The translations under genes and the position numbers were made by a program. DNA of 64,000 nucleotides from Candidatus Poribacteria bacterium (lineage in GTDB: Bacteria > Poribacteria > WGA-4E > WGA-3G), in contig CAXXUA010000005.1 of NCBI GenBank assembly GCA_963663765.2, forward strand, positions 128,001 to 192,000, written 5' to 3'. A model generated the notes under the pieces. The model did no database searches. It saw only the letters and a program-made list of their open reading frames with translations, and had not been told where the DNA came from. Below are positions 40,993-51,033 of the stretch, one piece after another. Numbering within the stretch: position 1 is the first letter of the stretch; every line of letters begins with the position of its first letter.

Positions 40993-43900
40993 ATGAAAAA
41001 AGTTTTGTCAGACTACATAAAATCAAAAGAAGATTTCGACAGATTCTGCAATCTATTTCTGAAAAAGGAAGTTTCCCCCTTCGTAAAAGTTTACGACGCG
41101 CCGGGACGCGATGGTGGAATTGACGCGGACCACACGGGTGTCTATAATAGAAAGGATGGCGTTTGGATATTCCAGTACAAATTCTATGATCCAACAATGG
41201 ATAGGGGGCGTGCCCGCAGCCAACTTATTTCTAAAATGAAAGGTGGCAAACGTGAAAAAGGTGAACTTGATAAGGCGGATGCGTTGCAGTGTGACCACTA
41301 TGTCCTCATGACCAACACTTTGCTTACTGCAGGAAACAAGCGTAAAATTGAGGACATTAAAAATGAGAGAGGATACACCTTTTCGTTAACCTGTTGGGAT
41401 GCTGAAGACCTCATCACGATGACCGATGAGTTTCCATACCTCTTAAATTCATTCAGAGATCCCCATCTACCAGTGTTTCTTTCTTGGCAGGATATGTTCA
41501 AAAATCAAATTGCAGGTAAACATCAACTGTTAAGATACGACTATGATACCTTCGGACGTGAGGATGAGATTAATCAATTTCAAACCTTTGTTCAAGATCC
41601 AGAGAAAAGACTATTCATGGTATACGGTAGCGGCGGCATTGGAAAAACCAAGCTCGCTATTGAGTTAGCAAAGGTAATTGAACGCAAACACACGGATTAT
41701 GAACCACTCTTTGTTCAGATGGCAGGTGACAGTTTTGAAAAGGCACTTGCAGATATTCCTCCCAATCGTAACTACATCTTTTTTGTAGATGACGCACATG
41801 ACTTTCTTGATAACCTCGGCGGTATCAGGATAGTATTGAATAGTCCCAAATACAGTAAATCCAAAGCGATCCTCATAACGCGAAAACCATTCAAAGCATT
41901 TTTAGAGAATAGTTTTCTAACCGCCTTACCGGATAACGCGGCTGATGAACTTGAAATTCAAAAACTTCCTCTGGAGAAAACGAAGGAATTTATCCGAACG
42001 TATACAGATATAACCGAAGGAACTCGTTTAGCAGGATTAGCACAGATTGGACGAGATACACCGCTACTTGCTGTTATGGTGATATATCTTTTCAAGAAAG
42101 GAGTCCATCTGAGTAATTTAATAACGCATGAGAAACGGATTGAACGCACCTTTGATGCCTATCTAAAGGACATCTTTAGCCAGCATCTACCAGAACCCAA
42201 CGAGCAGCACCGAAAATTGTTGAATTGGCTCAGTGGAATTGGGTCGATCGAAGCGGAAGATAGGCAAATATGCGAAAAATTGGCTGAAATCTTAAAAGTA
42301 GAACCCTATGAAATAGAGCAGTACCGCGATAATCTGATAAAATACGGTTTGCTTGTCCAATTTGGGCGAAAACAACGTGTTTTCCCTGATGCCCTCAGTG
42401 ACTATATTTTATGGAAGGCATGTTTCTTGTCAAGTGGTCACCACTCCTCCTTTCACAAAGATTTATTGAAGGAATTTTTACCACTTCTTCCTATTAAGGT
42501 AGTCATTAATCTCGCTCGTGTAGAAAACATTACTGGTGAAAAAAGTCTTCTTGATGAACACGTTGTGTTTCTTAAAGCTCAAGCAATGGATGGCAATAAT
42601 GCTGTTCGAGAGGAAATCTTGGAACAGATGGTAGGTATTAGTTATTTTCGACCAGATGACGCAACCGATATTTTCAATATTATCTTGGATAACCCTAAAG
42701 AAGACTACGTAAAAGATTATATAGGATGGACATCTACACGTACCCATCAAGACGTAGTAAAGAAGGTTGCTAAAGAAGCACAGAAGACAGTCAACACACT
42801 TTCTGGATTTATGAAGACGCTGAAAATTGTTCGGAAACTTCTGCTGATGGAAGGTTTGGAACTTCCTTACCAAGACTCACCACAAGAATTGCTAAAAAGG
42901 ATGGCAAGTTTTCACACAAGCAAACCCAGTGTATTTCAAATGAAAGCACTTGATGTGTTTGAAAAATGGAAAAAGAAAGATAAACCGGATTTAAGTTTGG
43001 CATTACTCAACGCTCTTGACACGCTTCTCGTGCTGGATTTCAGTGAAACCGTCAGTGATGGGAGTTCTTTGAAATTTGGTTGGCACCATTTAAAATATAC
43101 ACCTGAATTAATCCACCTCAGAGCGAAGGCAATTGACTTAATTGAGTATTCCCTGAGAAAGTCACAACATAGTATCGTCCGAACAGAGGCGGTAGGTTCA
43201 ATTAATCGAGCGATTAATCCTTTGGAGAGTCCATTTCGGCAGGGAATTGCAGAAGAGGAGCAGGTTCTATTACAAAAAGAACAGGATCGACTATTCAACA
43301 TATTGGCTGACCAAATCTCAACAGAAACCGATTTCACTGTTCTAAATGCAATAGATCAGTGTCTCCAAGGGTATGCAGAAAATAAGTATTTAGAAGGTTT
43401 TCCAAAAGAGAAGGCAGCAGAATTACTTGCAGAATTCCAAAAACATGAAAATTACGAAAGATACCTATTCTACCGTCAATTCACTGGAAAATTTCGTGAT
43501 CGGGACCTGAGTGAAAGTTCTGAACAAACACAGGTGTTCTTAAAAAAATATCTCAAGAAATACACACCCACGGAACTCTCAAAATTAATGCAGGAATGTA
43601 TAGTAGGTGCTGAAAAAGGGAAAGAATATCGTAGCACTAGAGACAAACTTTGGGCAGAAAAAGGGTGGAATCCGGGAACAGCGACATCACTACTTCGGTC
43701 AATCGGTGAACTTGACTCTTCTTACGGATCCGATTTATTGGATCAAATTGTTGCGTGGCAAACAGAGGAATCGCATTGTGCATCTGGATTGCTCAGTGGC
43801 ATTCGTTGTTCTGACAAAAGTAAAGCACGCGAAGTAACTCAATGCCTTTTGAATCAGGACACTATCTTTGCTAAACGCATCGTTGCAAGAAGTTATTTGT

Positions 43901-44919
43901 GGAAAAGCAAAACGGACCAGTTCTTTGAAAAAGCGGATCTTTCAATTTTAGAGCAATTGTCTAAAACTACGGACCCGCAATTACGTCTGTATATAGCCGA
44001 AAGTCTTCCGAATTTCTATATTGTGGATTTGAACACTTTCCTTGAAATATTGGTAAAACTATCAACTGATGATTCAACTAAGGTTTCGAGGCAAGTTATC
44101 CATACCCTAACCAGCAAAGAACTTAGATTCTCACCACAAAACCACTTGGAAAAATACAAGCAGGTGATGCTCAATTGTGTTCGTTTGGAACGTCTTGATT
44201 ATGAATCTGAGCAAGCACTTAGTGTTATCTTCAAACATGATCCGATCTGGGTAATTAAGTTTTTTGAGAAACGAATTGCTTATCAAGAAAGTGAGTCAAA
44301 CCGTTACAATTCATTTTCGGATCGTCCACCAGAGTTGTTTAAGTTTGATGTGGTCCCACATCGTCCGCATTATCTGTTTGAGGGTGTGGATTGGAATGAT
44401 GGAAACGCATTGGCAGCTTTGAGGCGCGTGAGAGATTGGGTTCTTACGTCCTCAAACCTCCTGAGATTTGAAGCACCCATCTTGCTTACATCTATGGTCG
44501 GTGGAAACGATCCGCGTAGTGATGAAATTAAAATTAATGCGGCAATGCAGAAACTCTTTGAAGAATGGATAGACTCAGAAGATTTAGAACTGATGAGAGA
44601 GGCTGCTTATCTAATGAGGGGATTCGACGCAGATGCCGTCTTTTATTCCCTTGCGGAATCGCTTGTGATAAAAAGCAATGGTGACAAACAGGTAGAAACT
44701 GGAATCACCGCTGCATTATATTCGGGAGTGTACTCAAAAAACATTGGGGAACCAGCACCACAACTTGAAAAACGTATCAAAGATCTTAAAGGACTGCAAG
44801 ATAGAACTCAGTCACGTCTTGTTAAACGATTTACTGAAGATCTGATAAATATGACAGAAAAGGATATTGAAAAACATTCACTTGAAGATGATGAATTTCT
44901 TGAAGGGGAAGGATGGTAA
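40993..44919 (+). CDS. Restriction-endonuclease-like domain + STAND-type P-loop NTPase + helical repeat protein (Avs-like candidate)
   Basis: N-terminal GRDGGIDA...WIFQYKF (PD-(D/E/Q)xK-like); Walker A GSGGIGKT; Walker B FFVDDAHD; long helical C-terminus; ORF is open from 40924. Confidence 0.75.
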   Translation: MKKVLSDYIKSKEDFDRFCNLFLKKEVSPFVKVYDAPGRDGGIDADHTGVYNRKDGVWIFQYKFYDPTMDRGRARSQLISKMKGGKREKGELDKADALQCDHYVLMTNTLLTAGNKRKIEDIKNERGYTFSLTCWDAEDLITMTDEFPYLLNSFRDPHLPVFLSWQDMFKNQIAGKHQLLRYDYDTFGREDEINQFQTFVQDPEKRLFMVYGSGGIGKTKLAIELAKVIERKHTDYEPLFVQMAGDSFEKALADIPPNRNYIFFVDDAHDFLDNLGGIRIVLNSPKYSKSKAILITRKPFKAFLENSFLTALPDNAADELEIQKLPLEKTKEFIRTYTDITEGTRLAGLAQIGRDTPLLAVMVIYLFKKGVHLSNLITHEKRIERTFDAYLKDIFSQHLPEPNEQHRKLLNWLSGIGSIEAEDRQICEKLAEILKVEPYEIEQYRDNLIKYGLLVQFGRKQRVFPDALSDYILWKACFLSSGHHSSFHKDLLKEFLPLLPIKVVINLARVENITGEKSLLDEHVVFLKAQAMDGNNAVREEILEQMVGISYFRPDDATDIFNIILDNPKEDYVKDYIGWTSTRTHQDVVKKVAKEAQKTVNTLSGFMKTLKIVRKLLLMEGLELPYQDSPQELLKRMASFHTSKPSVFQMKALDVFEKWKKKDKPDLSLALLNALDTLLVLDFSETVSDGSSLKFGWHHLKYTPELIHLRAKAIDLIEYSLRKSQHSIVRTEAVGSINRAINPLESPFRQGIAEEEQVLLQKEQDRLFNILADQISTETDFTVLNAIDQCLQGYAENKYLEGFPKEKAAELLAEFQKHENYERYLFYRQFTGKFRDRDLSESSEQTQVFLKKYLKKYTPTELSKLMQECIVGAEKGKEYRSTRDKLWAEKGWNPGTATSLLRSIGELDSSYGSDLLDQIVAWQTEESHCASGLLSGIRCSDKSKAREVTQCLLNQDTIFAKRIVARSYLWKSKTDQFFEKADLSILEQLSKTTDPQLRLYIAESLPNFYIVDLNTFLEILVKLSTDDSTKVSRQVIHTLTSKELRFSPQNHLEKYKQVMLNCVRLERLDYESEQALSVIFKHDPIWVIKFFEKRIAYQESESNRYNSFSDRPPELFKFDVVPHRPHYLFEGVDWNDGNALAALRRVRDWVLTSSNLLRFEAPILLTSMVGGNDPRSDEIKINAAMQKLFEEWIDSEDLELMREAAYLMRGFDADAVFYSLAESLVIKSNGDKQVETGITAALYSGVYSKNIGEPAPQLEKRIKDLKGLQDRTQSRLVKRFTEDLINMTEKDIEKHSLEDDEFLEGEGW

Positions 44920-45746
44920 AACTGACGAACGAAAACAGCCTTCTTCAGGAAATAAAAGACTTTTCTGATAATGGAAAATTTCGGGACTCTACAGCTTTAA
45001 CTTCTCAAACTAATGGATCAAAGTTAACGGCACAAAGTGCTGAAACTAAAATAAAGAAATTTATTCCGACAACGAGACAACGACTTAGTACTGCGAAATT
45101 TTATCTTGATGCGATGAAAAACATGAATTATGTTCCCTATCTTGGAAGTCAATCCTACTTCTCCGAAGAGCAAGGATCATTAATTGATTTTTCAGATAGC
45201 AACCTTCATGTTCAAATCAATTTGTTGAATCCTGAACCTTTTCCATTGATAGTTTTTTTGGTCTTGCAAGGTTTCTTTTCTAATCTCGTTAGTATAGAGG
45301 ACTGTATTGGAAAAATCATAAACATCGCTTACGACTTAATCCCATCGGATGAGAAGCCTTCTGACATAGTCAAAGCATTGGACAGTAAAATACCGAACGG
45401 GAATTTGATCAACCACTTATACAACTTTCGCGCGATAGGTCAAGATAGAAAGCCCGACAAGAAAGGCTCTCCATTCAATATCACCAGGGAAATCAGAAAC
45501 GAGTTAGTGCATGGCGACATAAAAGAAGTAGTAATTTTCCCAGAACTGACCCTCTTAGGTTTTTCATCGGACACCAATTTGTATTTCAACGACTTGTTCT
45601 TTCCAGAAAACACTCCACCCAAACACAATGATACCGAAATGATCGCTTTCTGTCAAAATGCTTATGACGAAACAGTCAACTTTGTTGATGAATGCTATAA
45701 GTTTATCCATGCTGATCTTCAACATAACGGTGTACTCCCGATTTAA
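44913..45746 (+). CDS. HEPN-domain protein (Cthe_2314-like), putative RNase
   Basis: RNELVH (Rx4H) motif; FFSNLVSIEDCIGKIINIAYDL helix; start overlaps the upstream stop (ATGGTAA). Confidence 0.6.
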   Translation: MVKLTNENSLLQEIKDFSDNGKFRDSTALTSQTNGSKLTAQSAETKIKKFIPTTRQRLSTAKFYLDAMKNMNYVPYLGSQSYFSEEQGSLIDFSDSNLHVQINLLNPEPFPLIVFLVLQGFFSNLVSIEDCIGKIINIAYDLIPSDEKPSDIVKALDSKIPNGNLINHLYNFRAIGQDRKPDKKGSPFNITREIRNELVHGDIKEVVIFPELTLLGFSSDTNLYFNDLFFPENTPPKHNDTEMIAFCQNAYDETVNFVDECYKFIHADLQHNGVLPI

Positions 45747-45753
45747 TATTTAC

Positions 45754-45891
45754 TATGGTGAATTATTGAAATAATTATACACCCTACTTGTAGGAACGAT
45801 TTCCGAATCGCGATCAAAGCCACTCGTAATCGGGAATCGGAGTTCCCTCCTACAAATCCGTAATGTGTAATTAATTCTAAATTTCACCGTA
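45754..45891. mobile_element. MITE family T with GTAGGAGGGAACTCCGATTCCCGA-type REP pair
   Basis: TATGGTGAATTATTGAAATAATTATACA / TGTGTAATTAATTCTAAATTTCACCGTA; cargo is an inverted relative of 50886-51022. Confidence 0.8.
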
Positions 45892-46000
45892 ATTACTACC
45901 GAAAAGACAACAAACTCCACTCGTAGATCACTTTGATAAAGATCAGCATGCAACCAAAACTAATACTTTGAGATAATAAAACTATTACGTTGTTCCCGTG

Positions 46001-47194
46001 CTATGGCGCGACAACTTTGTAGTGCTCAACCTGTCCATTTTCAATTACCTGAATCGCAAGGCTTTTGACTGGATGACGGTTCTCATCATAATGCGATATG
46101 CTTGTAGCACCTTTGTAATCGCTAACTGCCGCATAAGCATCGCGAACAGCAACAGGTTCAAGCATTCCCGCTGTCTCAATTGCGCGTGCTAACAGACGCA
46201 TCGCATCATAGCCAGATGCAGCAATACCATCAGGCGCACTTCCATACAACATCATATAACCATTAACAAACGTCTGCACTTCTGTATCCTGTGTGGCAAC
46301 TGAGAAATTCGTAGGATAATAACTATCATCTAACACACTACTATCGGCTAAGACACTAAGGAATCGTTCTCTGTCGTCCCAAGCACTTCCACCGAGGAAG
46401 GTCGATTCTATACCCACTTGCCGTGCTTCGTGAATCAGTCTTGGCACTTCAGGTTGAGAACCGGGACAGAAAATAACATCAGGTGTAACACCTTGAATAT
46501 CTGTGAGTAGAGTTGTGAAACTTGTTTCACCCGATGCATAAGACCCACTCTGAACAATTTGACCCCCGAGTTCTTCAAAAGCTAACTCAAAAGCTTGAAC
46601 AAGATCTAAAGAATAACTATCCCCTTCCTCAAAATTTGTCGCTGCGGTTTTAGCACCAAGTTCCTCTGGATTCATCGCAAAACTTGCCATCACACGACCT
46701 TGAAACGGATTTGGTACCGTAATCAGAAAGACATAATCTCCAACTTCTGGCACGTTTGAACCACTTGAACCGGGAAGCATGAGCCGCTGTGCCTGTTGTG
46801 CAATCGGTCCCACCTCAATAGCCATTGTTGAACGTACAGGTCCAAGTATCGCAAAAACGTCCTCTGTCTCAATTAACTCCCTTGCAGCAACGATGCTATC
46901 TTCAGCTGTTGGTTCTTCATTAGCCGTAGGTTGATTATTCCTGCTGATAAACTCTACCTGCATACCCAACACTCCACCCATATCATTAATTTGCTTCCTT
47001 GCAGTTTCTGCACCTTGGCTAAATGTCGTGTAACTGTGCATTGGTTGTATGGCACCTATTTTCAACGTCGTTTCCGATGGAGATGGGGTGTCAGGTGGAA
47101 TCATCTGATCAATTCGTTCACAGCCAATTAGGGTAAAACAAGCAAAACCGATAACCGCAAATAGAAAAACAAAAGTCAAATTGAATTTTTTCAT
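46001..47194 (-). CDS. ABC transporter substrate-binding lipoprotein (LivJ/LivK-like)
   Basis: Lipobox LIGC; INDMGGVLG, AILGP, DVIF, AASGYDAM; no permease genes adjacent. Confidence 0.88.
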   Translation of the reverse strand: MKKFNLTFVFLFAVIGFACFTLIGCERIDQMIPPDTPSPSETTLKIGAIQPMHSYTTFSQGAETARKQINDMGGVLGMQVEFISRNNQPTANEEPTAEDSIVAARELIETEDVFAILGPVRSTMAIEVGPIAQQAQRLMLPGSSGSNVPEVGDYVFLITVPNPFQGRVMASFAMNPEELGAKTAATNFEEGDSYSLDLVQAFELAFEELGGQIVQSGSYASGETSFTTLLTDIQGVTPDVIFCPGSQPEVPRLIHEARQVGIESTFLGGSAWDDRERFLSVLADSSVLDDSYYPTNFSVATQDTEVQTFVNGYMMLYGSAPDGIAASGYDAMRLLARAIETAGMLEPVAVRDAYAAVSDYKGATSISHYDENRHPVKSLAIQVIENGQVEHYKVVAP

Positions 47195-47279
47195 TACTTG
47201 TAACTTTCCTTCCGTTTAAATCGCTTGAAAAATAATGTTGTTTTTGGTAACGTCTTGATAAAACTTATTAACTTGTGAA

Positions 47280-47308
47280 ACAATAACAGATTCCTTTGAT
47301 TTTGTCAA
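47280..47308 (-). promoter_or_regulatory. Putative sigma70 promoter
   Basis: TTGACA-N17-TATTGT on the minus strand. Confidence 0.4.
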
Positions 47309-47444
47309 GTTTTCTAACAATCCAGTCAATTGTTGTTACCAGAAATAGTCTATCATGTTCAATAATCAGGGTCTATAAAAAAACAGGTCATAGACAGAAG
47401 ACTCATCCCACTTGTTCATTTTATTTCGACAAAGGAGTTTAAGC

Positions 47445-48503
47445 ATGGAACTCGGTTTTTTCACAATGCCTTTGCATCCTCCCGGCAGTGACACAACAAA
47501 AACGTTAGACGATGACCTTGAACAGATGGTTACTTTAGACAGATTAGGTTATAAGGAAGCATATATCGGGGAACATTTTACGTTTACCTGGGAAAATATA
47601 CCATCTCCCGATCTTTTTATCGCCAGAGCACTTGGAATGACAGAGAACATAATATTTGGTACGGGTATCACATGTATGCCGATACACAATCCAGCAGTTG
47701 TTGCGCATCGAATAGCACAGTTAGACCATCTTGCACACGGACGTTTTCATTGGGGTGTCGGTTCAAGTTCCACACCAAGCGATGCAGAAATGTTTTTGGC
47801 TGCTGCTGACAGACGGAAAGCAACCCGGGAAGGCATTGATGCCGTTCTCAAAATCTGGACTGACCCTGAACCGGGTCACTACAAAGGGGATTCGTGGGAA
47901 TTCAAAATCCCCGAAGGACATCCAGACATCGTGAGTATCCACATGAAACCTTATCAGAAACCGCATCCTCCGATTGCATTAGCAGGTTCATCAACGATGT
48001 CGGATACACTCATTTTTGCTGGAGAACGCGGCTGGATTCCGATGAGCATCAATCTTGCACCAGTTCATGTAATAAAGACGCATTGGGATGCCGTTGAAGA
48101 AGGTGCAGTAAAAACAGGTCTTTCTCCATCACGATCTACATGGCGAATCGCCCGCGAGGTATACGTCGCCGATACCGATGAACAAGCACGAAAGGAGGCT
48201 ATTGAAGGCACACTCGGACGAGATTTTCGGGAATACTGGTTTCGACTCTTCGGATGGGAAAAATTCAAAATGGGGTCAGATTGCCCTGATGTAGAGGCAT
48301 GTTTGGAAAACTTATTGGATACATTGTGGATTGTTGGAAGTCCTAACACAGTTGTTGACCGTTTACGCCAACTCTACAAGGATGTTGGTGGGTTTGGTGT
48401 TTTGCTTACGATGGGACACGAGTGGGAACCAAAAGAACAGTGGGTACATTCAATGGAACTCCTAAAGAACGAAGTAATGCCGCAATTGCAGGATTTGACG
48501 TAA
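47445..48503 (+). CDS. LLM-class flavin-dependent monooxygenase (luciferase-like)
   Basis: LGFFTMPLHPP, YIGEHF, LDHLAHGRF..GVG, KPYQKPHPPI; ATG at 47445 with AAGGAG RBS. Confidence 0.9.
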   Translation: MELGFFTMPLHPPGSDTTKTLDDDLEQMVTLDRLGYKEAYIGEHFTFTWENIPSPDLFIARALGMTENIIFGTGITCMPIHNPAVVAHRIAQLDHLAHGRFHWGVGSSSTPSDAEMFLAAADRRKATREGIDAVLKIWTDPEPGHYKGDSWEFKIPEGHPDIVSIHMKPYQKPHPPIALAGSSTMSDTLIFAGERGWIPMSINLAPVHVIKTHWDAVEEGAVKTGLSPSRSTWRIAREVYVADTDEQARKEAIEGTLGRDFREYWFRLFGWEKFKMGSDCPDVEACLENLLDTLWIVGSPNTVVDRLRQLYKDVGGFGVLLTMGHEWEPKEQWVHSMELLKNEVMPQLQDLT

Positions 48504-48652
48504 TCTGTTGCCATTACTGCTATCGATTGAAGAATAATTACATAAAGTGATCATGAAACTATTGGGAAAACTAAAAGAATTGTAGGAATAGTAGATGACG
48601 CGCTCAGGTAGTGAACTGCTTAAAGCATCCATCTGCTTAATCCTTAGTCCAA

Positions 48653-50842
48653 CTAATCATGTGCCCGCGGCGTGAGAACTAATGTCCTACGATTCTCTTC
48701 AATTAAATATCGGTTGACAACATCGGCAACATCAGTCAAAGAGACATCAGCAAATGCTTTCGCAAGTTGCGACATGGTTTCACCATATTGATATTCTAAC
48801 ATTCCCCATGTTACACCAAGTTGGAGGAGCATGTGAGTCTCTGTTATATTTTCAGGTTTTTGCTGCATTAGTGTTGTTAAGTCCGGCGGTGCGCTGAGTT
48901 CTTTGGAGAGTGTCTGAGCAATCATAGGAACTTGTATGTTTTCATCAGATTGCTTCAACGGCTTCATCAGATGCTGAATCCGCCTTTTAACCATTTCTAT
49001 ATCTGCCCCTGGTTTGAGCGAAGCACTTATATAAAAGTATACTTGTTCAGGTGTGATGAGGTCAACACCACAGAAAACGTGCCCTGTTAATTCTTTCAAT
49101 TGGACATCCTGCATGAATGTTATCCGTAAGAGCACACTCGCTACGTAAAGTGCGGGGTAGTCTTCGTTTTCAGGACGAGGAATCTCGTAAGTTTCCATGT
49201 AATGCGTTACGTTGACATCCCAAGTCGCGTTTTGGTCTTTTGCTATATCTGGAGATGCTGTCGGTTTAGGAAATGTCTTCGCTGTTAAGTTGATAGATCC
49301 AAGATGTTTTTCCATTACATCTTTCAACGTTTCGGAGTCAACGCCGCCAACGACACACAAAAGGACGCGATCTGCTTGCACTAAATGCAGGTCACGATAT
49401 TCCTGTAATTCACCTAACTTTGCTGATTGCACATCACCACGCATTGATATATCGGTTTCACCATGCCGAAAAACCTGGTTCCACGCTGCGTGTGCTAACT
49501 TATGCGTTGTTAAGTTCTTTTCAATATAATCAAACCCGGCTAAGACGTTCGGGAGTGCTTCAGTGAGACTGTCTGCTGAGAACGGAAGTCCAGAAAGCCA
49601 TTTCGCATGAAGATCCAAGCCTTGAGTCCATGTATCCGTACTTCCCCTGAACTCCAAGCGTATATTGTCAGTCATTATCTCACCACTACTTGTCTTGTAG
49701 TCAAGGGGGCCGGTAGTGCGTGCTGATAGGTGCATTATTAGACTACTCCACTGTGTTTTTGCGTTTCCATCATTAACGAGTCCAAGAGGTAAATAACTAA
49801 AAATACCGACATCCTTGGAGTTTTCAACATGGAGATTAACAACTCGGATACCGTTGCTTAAAGTAAATCGTGTTACTATAGGGGGATCGTCAGAAGCTGT
49901 AATTATTGGGAAATCTTCGGAGGCATTAGGTGGAGAGACTTCCTCAGAAACCCGTGATCCAGTGCTGCTACTTTTGCCGAGAGCAGCCCGTCCAGCTTGA
50001 CTTCGCACATCCGGTTTTGTGTCAGATTCAAGTATGGTAAGTGCCTCTATAATTTCAATAGTGGGTTCGGATTGTGCCTCAAAACTATACGGTTTCTGAA
50101 ATCTGGTAAGATATTGATTACTCACACCGAACAGCAATATAATCAAAACCGTGGCTGTACTGAAAGCAACCCATGGGAGAAAAGGTTTTCCAGATGAAGA
50201 CGGAACCGGGTTTGTGTCAGCAACTTGCTGTATGATGTTCTCAAATATGCTATTAGGCAATTGCAAACCGCTAAGCGTATCGTTAATCAAGAGTTCTTCT
50301 GATGCTTTTAGACGTTCTCGTGCTCGCTTGAGTCGACTCGTAATAGTGTTCACTGACACACCCAAGAATTTGCCAATTTCTTTTGCCGTCATTTCACCGA
50401 GATAGTAGAGCGTCACCACAGTGCGTTCACTCTCTGGTAGTTTTTTCAGAAGTCGCTTAACGATTTCTTGACGATATTCAGTCGCTTCTGTCTCACGTTG
50501 TTCTAATACATAACGTTCATAAGTTAACTTATCTAACGTTTTCATAGATGAGTCTCCCAACGCTTGCGACTCTGGTTTTCGATTTCGTATCCAATCAATG
50601 CAAAGCCGATTAGCGATGACATATAGCCATCCAGCAAATTGATTGTGATCCTTGAGTATTGAAAGTTTCTTATATGCCTGAAGGAAGGTGTCTTGTGTAA
50701 TTTCTTCAGCATAATGAAAATCGCCGATCTTTCGCCATGCAAGGGCGTGAACACTCTTTTGGTATTTTTGAACTAAGGTGCCGAACGCCTCATCATCACC
50801 AGACAAGATGTTATGAATCAATTGAACGTCATCTTTTTCCAT
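48653..50842 (-). CDS. ECF sigma factor fused through a TM helix to a catalytically degenerate M16 (insulinase) peptidase-like domain
   Basis: Sigma regions 2 and 4 in the first ~185 aa; TM PWVAFSTATVLIILLFGV; C-terminal ~410 aa paralogous to 51034-52338 with SLIMH in place of HLIEH. Confidence 0.85.
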   Translation of the reverse strand: MEKDDVQLIHNILSGDDEAFGTLVQKYQKSVHALAWRKIGDFHYAEEITQDTFLQAYKKLSILKDHNQFAGWLYVIANRLCIDWIRNRKPESQALGDSSMKTLDKLTYERYVLEQRETEATEYRQEIVKRLLKKLPESERTVVTLYYLGEMTAKEIGKFLGVSVNTITSRLKRARERLKASEELLINDTLSGLQLPNSIFENIIQQVADTNPVPSSSGKPFLPWVAFSTATVLIILLFGVSNQYLTRFQKPYSFEAQSEPTIEIIEALTILESDTKPDVRSQAGRAALGKSSSTGSRVSEEVSPPNASEDFPIITASDDPPIVTRFTLSNGIRVVNLHVENSKDVGIFSYLPLGLVNDGNAKTQWSSLIMHLSARTTGPLDYKTSSGEIMTDNIRLEFRGSTDTWTQGLDLHAKWLSGLPFSADSLTEALPNVLAGFDYIEKNLTTHKLAHAAWNQVFRHGETDISMRGDVQSAKLGELQEYRDLHLVQADRVLLCVVGGVDSETLKDVMEKHLGSINLTAKTFPKPTASPDIAKDQNATWDVNVTHYMETYEIPRPENEDYPALYVASVLLRITFMQDVQLKELTGHVFCGVDLITPEQVYFYISASLKPGADIEMVKRRIQHLMKPLKQSDENIQVPMIAQTLSKELSAPPDLTTLMQQKPENITETHMLLQLGVTWGMLEYQYGETMSQLAKAFADVSLTDVADVVNRYLIEENRRTLVLTPRAHD

Positions 50843-50885
50843 CAGAATCCTCCGTAATGAGACGCACAGACGACTGGATTTCTGT

Positions 50886-51022
50886 TATAGTAGATTTTAG
50901 AATTATTTTTACACTTTCAGGTGTAGGAGGGAACTCCGATTCCCGACTATCAAGGCGTTCAGTCGCGATTCGGAGATCGCTCCTATAGAACAAGTGTAAA
51001 CTTAATTGTATATTTCACTATA
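50886..51022. mobile_element. MITE family T with REP pair
   Basis: TATAGTAGATTTTAGAATT / AATTGTATATTTCACTATA ends; GTAGGAGGGAACTCCGATTCCCGA...TCGCTCCTAT. Confidence 0.75.
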
Positions 51023-51033
51023 ATACCTTTATA

